From: Mobula hypostoma
Taxonomy: Eukaryota
Length of the DNA: 64,000 bases
NCBI RefSeq assembly: GCF_963921235.1
Contig: NC_086097.1
Location: 37,264,001 to 37,328,000, forward strand
Direction of reading: 5' to 3'
Part shown: positions 13,332 to 23,780 of the stretch, piece by piece
Position numbering within the stretch: the first letter of the stretch is position 1
Layout: each line of letters begins with the position of its first letter
Position numbers and translations under genes: made by a program
The notes under the pieces: generated by a model
The model's input: only the letters and a program-made list of their open reading frames with translations
Database searches by the model: none
What the model was told of the DNA's origin: nothing

Positions 13332-15163
13332 CAGGGGATCCCAACCTTTTTCATGCAATAGAATGCCTTGGGATTAAGGTGAATCGCAAGGCATTCTATA
13401 CATACACCAAGAGAAAAGGATAACTAGGGAGAGGGTGGGACCACTCAAGGATAAAGGGGGGAACATTTGCTTGGATGCTGAGAATGTGAGTGAGGTACTT
13501 AATGAGTAGTTTGCTCCAGTATTTACCAAGGAAAAGGACATGGACGACCAGGAGATCACTGCGGGTGAGTGTATAAAAACATTAGAACATTTAGAGGTCA
13601 AGTAGGAGGAAGTGTTGGGCCTCCTAATGAGTATTAAGGTAGATAAGTCCCCAGGAACTGATGAGATTTACCCCAGGTTATTAAAGGAGTCAAGAGAAGA
13701 GATTGCTGGGCCCTTGACCAGTATCTTTGTGTCTTCTCTATTTACAGGCAAGTGGCTAATGTTTTGTCTCAATTTGAGAAGGGATCGAGAGAAAATCCTG
13801 GGAACCATAGACCAGTGAGTCATACATCAGTTGTAGAGAAATTGCTAGAGAAAATCCTTACGGATAGAATATATGTGCATTTGGAGACCCATGGCCTAAT
13901 TGGGGAGAACCAGCATGTCTTTGTGCTTAACAGTTCATGCCTTACTAACTTGATTGAGCTTTTTGACAAGGTAACGAGAGAGATTGATAAGGGTAGGGCA
14001 GTGTATGTTGTCTACATAGATTTTAGAAGGCATTTGATAAAGTCCCTCATGGGAGGCTAATCCAGAAGATTAAGATGCATGGGGAACTATGACAAATGCT
14101 GTCTGGATTCTGAACTTGCTTGTCCATAGAAGAGAGAAGACAGTGGTTGATGGGACTTATTCAAGTTGGAGGTCTGTAACTAGTGGAGTTCAGCAAGGAT
14201 CTGTGCTGGGAGCTCTGCTGTTTGTAATGTATATAAATGACTTGGATGAAAATGTAGATGGGTGGGTTAGTAAATTTCCAGATGATACCAAGATTGGTGG
14301 CATTGTGAATAGTGTAGAAGATTAGCAAAGAATACAGCATGATATAGATCAGTTGCAGATATGAGTAGAGAAATGGCAGATGGAGTTTAACCCACATAAA
14401 TGTTACATGTTGCACCTCAGTAGGGCAGACAGTATAGTGTAAAGGGCAAGTGTTGCTGAGCAGAAAGATCTTGAGATCCAGTTTCTTAGCTCCTTGAAAG
14501 TGGCTACATGGGTCAATAAATGTTTGCTTTTATTTGTTGATGCATTGAGTTGATAAATCAGGAGGTCATGATGCAACTTTATAAAACTCTGGTTAGGCCA
14601 CATCTGGAGTATTGTGTACAATTCTTGTTGGCCCACTATAGGAAGGACGTTGAGGCTTTGGAGAGGGTGCAGAAGAGGTTTACTAGGATGCTGCCTGGTT
14701 TAGGGGACATGTGCTACCATGAGAAGCTAGATAAACCTGGTTTGTTTTCTCTGGAGCGTCAGAGGCTGAGAGTAGGTTTACAAGATTATGAGAAGCATAG
14801 ATAGTGTAGACAGGGAGTATCTGTTTCCCAGGGTTGAAATGTCTAATACCAGAGGTCATGGATTGAAGTTGGGAGGGGGTAAGTTCAAGGACGATATTTA
14901 GAGAGTCATGGATGCCTGGAATGCGCTACCTGGTATGGTGGTAGAGGCAAATACATTAGAGGCTTTTAAGAGATATTTGGATAGGCATGTGGATGTAAGG
15001 AAGATGGAGGGATATGAATAGCGTTTGGGTGTTTTTGATATGCTTTTTAGCTGGTTCGGCATATTGTAAACTGAATGGTCTGCTACCAGGTTGTTCTCTT
15101 CTGTGTTCTATGTTCTAATACTATTAAGCAAAGGGTCCGTGGATCCTGGGTTGGGAACCTCTG
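13332..15163. mobile_element. ~80-bp hAT (Charlie-like) MITE split by a CR1 insertion
   Basis: 8-bp TSD CTCTAGAG (13324-13331, 15164-15171). TIRs CAGGGGATCCCAACC / GGTTGGGAACCTCTG. The two halves rejoin to match the copies at 31096 and 60304. Confidence 0.85.
13363..15115 (+). mobile_element. 5'-truncated, degenerate CR1 LINE ORF2
   Basis: KSPGTDEIYPRLLKE, SCLTNLIE, SGVQQGSVLG, KFPDDTK and [13 protein letters not shown] motifs. (TTCTATG)n tail. Confidence 0.92.
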
Positions 15164-15582
15164 CTCTAGAGTAATCCCACCAATCTCATTCCCACATTAA
15201 ATTCCCCACAACCATCCAGCCACACGGGGGCAAATTAGACAGCTGATTCACCTAACAAACAGCATGTGTACTTTGGGAAGTCAAATCCTGGTAGGACATA
15301 TATATTAAATAATAGGGACATGAGGAGCATAGATGTACAGAGGGACCTAGAGTACAAGTCCATATCTCTCTTCAAATGTGGGCAAAGCTGGATAGGTAGT
15401 AAAAAAGGCACTTGATATGCTTGTCTTCAAGGGTTGAGGCAATAAAGGTAGTGCAGGAAAGATTCACTAGGATGTTGCTTGAAATGGAGGACTATGGTTA
15501 TAAAGAGAGATGGGAAAGGCTGGATTCATCTTCAGTGGAACTTTGGAGACAGAGTGGTGACCTTGTAGAGGTTTACAGAGAC

Positions 15583-16056
15583 TGTGGCAGGAAAGCGGTG
15601 TTCTTCGTCAGGGACCCCCACTACCCAGCTCATGGTCACTTCTCGCTGCTGACAACAGAAAGAAGATACAGAAGATTCAGGAATCACACCTCAAGGCTCA
15701 GGAACAGGTATAACCCCTCAATCATGAATCAGGCTCTTGAACCAGTGGGTTAACTTCACTCAATTTCATTCGCCCCATCACTGAACTATTCCCACCTGTG
15801 GACTCACTGTCAAAGACTCCTCATTTCATGTTCTCAATATTTATTTATTTATTTATCTATCTATCTCTATATGTACTTATTTATTTATTATTTGCACAGT
15901 TTGTTGCTTTTTGCACATTGGTTGCAGTCTTTCATTGATTCTATTATGGTTCTTGGATTTACTGAGTACGCATGCAAGAAAGTGAATCTCAGGGTTGTAT
16001 ATGGTGACATTCAATATATATCCTTTGATAATAAATTTACTTTCAACTTTGAACTT
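15583..16056 (+). mobile_element. Rex1/Babar-type LINE 3' fragment inserted in an old CR1 remnant (about 15270-16360)
   Basis: RDPHYPAHGHFSLL..RRYRR.R.HTSRLRN motif. AATAAA followed by a (TTTGAAC)n tail. Confidence 0.7.
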
Positions 16057-16949
16057 TACAAAATTATGAAGGTATAGATACTCAGAATCATTTCTCCAGA
16101 GCAGGAGAATTAGAACTAGAAGGCACAGGTTTAACATGAGAAGGGCTAAGTTTTCTTTATACAGAGAGTGCTGGGTGGCCAGGAATAGGCTACCAGTGGA
16201 AGCAGATATGACAGTGGCTTTTAAGAAAGTCTTATATAGCCATATAAATATGCAGAGAATGGAAAGTTATAGATCATATTGGGGTAGAAGAGAATTAGCA
16301 TTATTTTCAGCACAGACAGTAGTCTGAACGACTGTTTCTGTTCTTCACCCTTCTCTGTTATAATAACACTGGAAATCAGAATTAAACTCATGTACCTCAA
16401 GCAGGAAGGCAGCAACAAAGACTGCTGTGCCACCATGCCGCAGAATGTGATGTGTGTTTTTTCCAGTTTGTAACAATTAAGAGTATCATGTGTTGATTTG
16501 GGATAAAGTAAACAATGCCTTAGACGGAGTGGAGACTTTTGCTCCTAATTGTTCAGCATATAAATCTTGAAATATTGGCAAAGTGTCATTACTACTCTGC
16601 TAAGCAACACCTTATAATATCTGCAGAAGCAGAGGTGATATCTGCCTGAGTTACCACCATAATGAATGTATTTAATAACTCCATGGCATTTTTTCCAAAA
16701 TGTGTCACCTCACCTACTTCATTCTTGTTCAGCTTGAACTTTCAGTGCAAATAGCAATGGGACAATTGTTTACAGATGATCCAAAAACTGATGACGTAGT
16801 TGATAGTGAGGAGGGCAATCTTTGGCTTCAGAACAATACTAATGGGTTAGTAATTTGAGCAGAGAAATGGTGGAGTTTAATCCTGAAAATAAAATGTGAG
16901 GTGATGAGTTTTGAGTGGACTAATAAACCTCGGACATACGCAGAGAATC

Positions 16950-17775
16950 TTAGCTCTCCATGATTCCCTTGTCCATTCAACTCTACTAATCTCCCTCCTA
17001 GCATTTCTCCCTGTAAAAAGAATTGCTACACCTCCTCCCTCACCTCCATTCAGGGCTCCAAACACTCCTTCCAGGTGAGGTAGCACTTCACCTGCAAATC
17101 TGTTGGGGTCACCTGCTGCATCCAGTGCTCCCGATTTGGCTTCCTCTACATTGGTGAGACCCAACGTAGATTGGGGACCCCTTTGTTGAGCACCTTTGCT
17201 CCAACCACAACGAGCAGAATTTCACAGTGGCCATTTATTTTAATACTAATCCCCATTCTCATTCCAACATATCAGTCCATGGTTTCCTCTACTGTCACAT
17301 TGAGGTTGGAAGAGCAGCACCTCATATTTCGTCTGGGTAGACTCCAACCTGATGGCTTGAACATCAATTTCTCTAACCTTCAGTAGTTTCCCCTCCCCCT
17401 TCCATCTTCTTCCATTTCACACTCTGGCTCCCCTCTTACCTCTTCTGTTCTCCTCACCCACCTGTCACCTCCTGGTGCCATTCCTCCTTCCCTTACTCCT
17501 ATAGTCCACTCTCCTTTCCTGTCAGATTTCTTCTTCTTCAGTCATTTACCTTTGCTACCTATCACCTCCTATCTTTTCACCTCATCCCCCACACACCTGG
17601 TTTCACCTATCACCTTTTAACTTGTACTCTTTGCCCTCCTTCCACCTTTTATTCCAGCTTCTTCTCCCTTCCTTTCCAGTCTTAACGAAGGGCCTCTGCC
17701 CAAAATGTAGATGGTTATTCCTTTCCATAGACACTTCTCACTGAGTTCCTCCAGCATCTTGTATCTGTTACTCTT
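16950..17775 (+). mobile_element. Degenerate Penelope-like element 3' part (GIY-YIG endonuclease + pLTR)
   Basis: Colinear with 39400-40250. [25 protein letters not shown]. Decayed hammerhead at about 17677-17712. Confidence 0.85.
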
Positions 17776-18519
17776 GGTTACACTACCCACCAAGGGTGGG
17801 GTGGGGGCGCAAATCCTTGCCTCTCATTTGCCTTTTTACAATTTTGATGCTGTCCTTTGGAATAGTGATAAGCAAAGTCTCTTTGGAATCAGTGAGCTGT
17901 TGGACCTTCAGAATTAAGCCAATCTCAATGCAAATTTGATAATTCATATCCTAACCAAACAAATTTATCGTGCTTTGAGGCTCCATTGATAACAGATCAG
18001 CTATTTGGCTTACTAATGGAATCAGGAACTTTCTGTGTGCTTCATCTTCAAATATCCATCTACTGGCAACTTCCATATTCTCATCACTTTGTGCTAAGAA
18101 GCTCAGCCTAAATTATTTATTTGATCTATTAGTGGCTTTTTATATTTACACTGCTTTGTTCTAGACTCACCCACAAATGGAGATGTTTCCTCTGCATTCA
18201 CTCGATTAAACATTACCAAGACTTCAGTAGATTAAAGATTTCTCTAGCCCTTTCATTTTCCAGTGATAAACCTGACCCTGTTCATTCTTTGCTGACAGTT
18301 GTATCCTTTCCAGCCTGGTAAAGATTGTGCACGTTATCTTAATCAGCACTCTGTTCAGTGTTTCAATCTCCTTTCTGTTGAGTGGAAACCACTACTACCC
18401 ATAAGATTCCACCAATTTCTACATGATTTTAAAATAGCCATACTTTCAATTGAAATTAATGTGTTTTTATTTTGCATTTGTCATCTACCATGTCTGTACC
18501 AGGCATTAAAACCTATTGA

Positions 18520-18863
18520 ATATTGAAGGGCCTAGATAGAGTGGAAGAGGATGTTTCCCATAGTCAGGGAGGAAGGGTGGGGGGGGGTGGTCTCGAACCT
18601 CAGGACACAGCCTCAGAATAGAATGACATCCTGTTAGGGGAGAAACTTCTTTACCCAGGGGGTGGTGAATCTGTGGAATTCCTTGCCACAGACAGCTGTG
18701 AAGACCATCATTGAGCATAGTTAAAGTGGTGTTTGATAGGTTCTTTGTAACTAAGGGCATCAAAGGTTATGTGGAGAAGGCAAGAGAATGGGGTTGAGAG
18801 CAATAAATCAGCCATGATGGGCTGAATGGCCTAATTCTGCAGTTATGTCATATGGTCTTATGG
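18520..18863 (+). mobile_element. CR1 LINE 3' end fragment
   Basis: gggtggtgaatctgtggaattc...ggcctaattctgc...(TATGGTCT)n tail. Confidence 0.8.
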
Positions 18864-19014
18864 TTTGCACGTGTTATATCCCCAGATCTTTTCCTCCTCT
18901 ATTCAATTTAATTTTTAATCTACCCAAGATATTAGAGGTCTCCTTTTTTGTCTATCAACATGAACTACACCTTACTTCACTCTAATAAATATTATTTATC
19001 TTTTATCCTACCAT

Positions 19015-19825
19015 TCAGCTGCCCCTACACCTCCTCCCTCACCGCCATTCAGGGCCCTAAGCAGTTCCTCCAGGTGAGGCAGCATTTCATAGGTGAATCC
19101 ATCAATGTCATATATTGTATCCAGTGTTCCCCATTTGGTCTCATCTACATCAGTCAGATACAACTCTGATAGGGGGATTTCTCTATCTGCCACAACAGCC
19201 AGGATATCTCAGTGGCCATCCATTTTAATCCAACTTTCCTGTTCCACATTGACATGTCTGTCCGTGACTTCTGCTACTCCTTGTTGAGGCCAGGCACAGA
19301 TTGGAGGAGCTTCTGTCTTGATAGCCTCAAACATGACGGCATCAAAGTAGATTTCTCTAATGTCTGATAACAACTGCTTTTGTTTTTCCTTATCCCAATG
19401 GCTTATTGACCCCTTTACCCCTTCACTATCCCCTTCCCCAACCTCATCACCTTCACCTTCTTCCCTATGGTTTCCTGCCTCCTTTCTTATCTAATGTCCT
19501 CTCCTATCAGATTCTTTCTTCTTCAGCCTCTTCCACCCATCACGCCTCAATTTCTTAAACCATTCCATTCTTTCCCTCCCCCCACCCTCCCACTTTCACC
19601 TTCTCCTCACCTGGATTCACCTATCACCTGCCACCACATGCTCCTCACCCTCCCCCCCCCAACCCATCCTTTTATTGTAGATTCTGCTCTCTTCCTTACC
19701 AGTTCTAATGTAGGACCTTGGCCCAAAACACTGACTGGTCATAGATGCTGCCTGACCTGCTGAATTCCTCCTGCATTTTGTGTGTGTTGCTCCGGATCAG
19801 CATCTACAGTCACTCTTGAATCTCT
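19015..19825 (+). mobile_element. Degenerate Penelope-like element 3' part
   Basis: IQGPKQFLQVRQHF..VIYCIQCSPFGLIYIS is a GIY-YIG remnant. Pyrimidine-rich pLTR and agatgctgcctgacctgctga tail. Confidence 0.8.
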
Positions 19826-20039
19826 GATGTTATAAGCTTGTCTACGTGTCCTTACATTTTGTCTACATGTCCAAATAATTAATCATGTCCCTCATATCTG
19901 CAACTTTTGACAGTGTACTTCTGATTTCTAAATCCAAATCATTTATTTGTATGATAAACTATTTTGAATCTGGTAGAGTGAGAGTTAGCACTGCCAGCTC
20001 GAACCAACCTTGTCACTCTCCTTTGACTCCTGTCACTAA

Positions 20040-20347
20040 CAAGGTATTTTCGTCCACAGAACCACCACTCACTGGATTTTTTTGCACCATTCTCTAGAGA
20101 CTGTTATGCATGAAAATCCCAGGAGAATAGCCGTTCCTGAGATACTCAAGCCACCCCATCATTCATTCCATGATCAAGGCCACTTAGATCACATTTCTTC
20201 CCCATTTTGATGTTTGATCTGAACAGCTGAACCTCCTGACAATGTTTACATGCTTTTGTTCATTGAGTTGCTGCCCCAAGATTGGCTGATTAAATGTTCG
20301 CGTTAACCAGCAGGTGTACGGTTGTGCCGAATAAAGTGGCCACTAGG
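20040..20347 (-). mobile_element. Tc1-like non-autonomous element fragment
   Basis: Similar to 51072-51542. Ends in the TIR-like aataaagtggccact. Confidence 0.6.
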
Positions 20348-20699
20348 CGTATTTCATAATGAGTTTAAAAAATACAATCATTCATAATTGCAGCTAATCC
20401 TAAATAAAGTGGCTGGAAGAGGAATGAAATAAGATATAAAGCTCCTTTAAGGTAATAGATTAAAGATCTCCGCTTGTTTTGTTCTACAGTACTTTCAAAG
20501 ATTCTCAACTTGCTCAGTCTTTTGTATGGACCAAAGAAATGACTGGATAAAAGCCAACAATGGGCCAGTGTCCGAAGAAAGGTAAAAGGACAAAAATATT
20601 ATCAAGGTAGTACAACAATAAACCATATTTCAATAGGAGACTAACAGCTTTCATGAGAAGTGATTCCCAACTGAAAAATAGCTAACCACGATGGATAAC

Positions 20700-23600
20700 A
20701 AATCGAGGTTAAAAATAAATCGGGGGAAAATCCTTAACCGAAATTTATACATAAAAGAGTGCAAGGTGGGCTTGAACTAGAGATCACGACGGAAAACAAG
20801 ACGGGGAATATAAGATTAAAATATCAACGAATATGAAAGGAAATCGTCAGAATTCATGGATATATGAATCACGAAAGAAGAATGAACCGGAAGGGGGCCG
20901 TAGATAAACTTCGCAAGAAACATAAGTCCCTGGAGCCAAGTCCATCGAGCGATTTCAACTCTTTCCCGTTGGCTGAATTTGTTATTTGCTTCAGTTTCCG
21001 CTGTCTTGTTCTGATAAGAATCGTTTTCGGTTCTATCCCACTGAAAGACGCAATCCAAACCCAATCTACCATTCTCAAGGTCTTGGTGCAGGGTCTTCGC
21101 CCGAAACGTCGATCAGTCCCTCTTCCTCCACAAATGCATCTTCACCCGCTGCGGACCTCCTGCAGTTTGTGTTCTTGCTCCAGATTCCAAGCACTTGCAG
21201 TCTCTCCCCAAACCTGACACAAAATTAATCGGACCCCTTCAACGTAAACTAATTTGTCAAAGGGTCATTACTTACTTTTTACACGTATATTTATGAGTAA
21301 ATAAGAGTAAAAAAACGAAATGTTCAACCATTCCAATATGATTTACAAATTCATTCGTTCTGAGTTACACTCTTGATTTGCCTAGAGTTCGCAAAGTCCA
21401 CAATGTAATAATTAATATTAGCAAAATGTTATTATCCTTCTTAATTGAAAACAATCTTGAGTACCCATAGATTTATGGAGAAAGAGACATCCTATTAGCT
21501 ACGACTTTCTCTCCCGGAAAGTCAGGGAAATTTAATTTCAGCTGATTGACAGTTTCCATAGAAACGACCAGGTCTTAATCTGTCTGGACCCACCCTCGGG
21601 AAAATTTGACCAATCACTAGTAGAGAGGACGATCCGATCCTACAGCAGAGTAGGTCGCCGTCACGTTGAAAACACACAGATCCATCCTGGGAGATAGTCA
21701 TCTGCATGGGGGGGAAAACCTGATCGGCTAAATTTAGCCGAGAAAAGAGCGCTTTAGGGCGTAACTTGGGAGGGTGGGGGGGGGAAAGGAGAATCATGTC
21801 TTCCGCTTCCAGCGAAGTCACCAGCACACTTGAGGTTAAAGAGGAGAACGGCAGCCTGCAGCCAAAGATCAATGTATTGGGCTCTCCAGCCACTCTGGAG
21901 CCTGAAGTAAATGCACTGTCTGCAAGCCCGGAGATTACCGAGCAGGTTCCCGTTGAACTTTTAAGCAACCCCGCGTCCGCTCTGACTTTCTCCCCGGAGC
22001 AAGTGGCGTGCGTGTGCGAGGCTCTGCAGCAAGGAGGGAACCTAGATCGCTTAGCCCAGTTTCTCTGGTCTCTGCCTCCCAGCGATCTGCTACGTGGCAA
22101 CGAAAGCATCCTAAAAGCACGGGCTTTGGTGGCCTTCCACCAGCACAGATACAAAGAACTCTACAGCATTCTGGAAAGCCACAACTTCGACGCGTCGTGC
22201 CACACTTCGCTGCAGGACCTGTGGTACAAAGCCCGGTACACAGAAGCCGAGAAGGTCCGGGGCCGGCCTTTGGGGGCCGTGGACAAGTACAGACTGCGCA
22301 GGAAGTTCCCCTTGCCCCGCACCATATGGGACGGCGAGGAGAGGGTCTACTGCTTCAAGGAGAAGTCACGCAACGCGCTCAAGGAGCTGTACAAGCAGAA
22401 TCGCTACCCTTCGCCAGCAGAGAAGCGCAACTTAGCAAAGATCACGGGGCTCTCTCTCACCCAGGTCAGCAACTGGTTCAAAAACAGGCGCCAGCGGGAC
22501 CGAAACCCGTCGGAAACGCAGTCGAAAAGGTGAGGCAGCAAAACTTTCCCAACTTTTCCCAGTCAGGGGGCGCTTCCTAAATGCCACAAAATGGCGCTTA
22601 TCTTGTCCATTATTTCCTACCTCAAAGTTACAAAGGATCACGCCGAAGGATCGTTGGTGGTGTGCAGTGTGCCTCGGCACTACCCCAGTCTTTATCCCCG
22701 GCCCAGCCTGCGGGCCAGTGGGCAGTGCGGGGCCGCCACCGCTGCCTCCGAGAGGAGGGCTGCACACGAACTGTTAAGGGAAGTGTTCTGCTTAAAAAAA
22801 AGAGCAGGGAGAACAAAGAGGTCATTCGTTTGTTGTGTGTTATTCTGATTTTCTTCCTCAAAGACAGAAAGCACCGAGTGTGTGTCCACGCCGGTTATTT
22901 TGGGTGTTTTTGAAGCTGCTTTGCAGCATGGCCGGGCTCTTGGCTTTGTTTTGAAACCTGAGTCTTTCCCATTCGGCTCGAATTTCAGCCGAGTTCACTT
23001 CTCGGCAGCAAGTTTGCTGCTTATTCTTCCATCGAACTCTTCCTGCACCAACTCGCACCTCTAGGGTGCTTCTCCCTTTTCCACTGTTAGATGGGGGATT
23101 GAGCTGATTCTTATCTGTTTACCCCTTTTTTTTCTTTGGGGGTGGGTGGGTGGGGGATCTAATGCAGTGTGGCGGATTCGTTTTTCCCTGCTGCATGAAG
23201 TTGTCGAAATGCTTTTGTATTTGAGGGGTGAGTGCGCACCTGGCGGAGGTAGTGTCGAGCGACAAGTTCGAACTGTATTCTTTTCAAGTGGTGATGTAAG
23301 AAACTGCTGCTGGGCATTAGTAAAGTAAACGAGGTAAAGCACGCCTTTGTACTCGATCAGTGCAGCCTTCAGTTGTATAGGAAAAGTCAAATTCCACAAG
23401 TAAGGAACCGGGCTTCTGACTCATCACCCACTATTGTCTCCTATTTTTTATTGCTTTTTCACAAGGTACCTGGTGCTAAACAGGCACACATGGACGCTTA
23501 CGTGAATCGTCGGTACGATTTGGTAAAGAACTACTCAGTTGCAACTTTATTACGTTGTAAGACCTAAAGGTCATAGGAGTCTTTACTGAGTTGCACTGTC

Positions 23601-23780
23601 GGGGTTGTTTGATCGCGATGGCTGGAGGAAGAAAGCCGCCGCTTCGAAGGGAGCGCTTGAAGTATTCTAAGGTGGTATTTATAGTGCAAACTGCAAGTCC
23701 GAAAGGAGGACTCTGCTAAAACGTAAAGATTAAATGGATAATGGAGCATTGGGGATTCAACAGTGATCGCGCATCTTTAC
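20700..23780. promoter_or_regulatory. CpG-island-like promoter / exon 1 / start of intron 1 of SIX4
   Basis: CpG density is visibly higher than in the flanks. CCAAT at 21610-21614 and TGATTGACAG at 21543-21552 lie upstream of the ATG. Limits estimated by eye. Confidence 0.7.
21796..22529 (+). CDS. SIX4: SIX4 coding exon 1 (SIX domain + homeodomain)
   Basis: ATG at 21796 (MSSASSEV). [17 protein letters not shown]...[18 protein letters not shown] and [10 protein letters not shown] motifs. Donor AAAAG|GTGAGG, phase 2. Confidence 0.96.

Noticed and set aside
21766..21795. N-terminal extension of SIX4 from the ORF-track start
   Set aside because: It starts at TTG. The ATG at 21796 matches the expected MSS... 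N-terminus.
21522..22154. 210-aa minus-strand ORF, plus the 190-aa alternative-frame ORF 22008..22580
   Set aside because: Shadows of GC-rich SIX4 exon 1 with no recognisable protein features.
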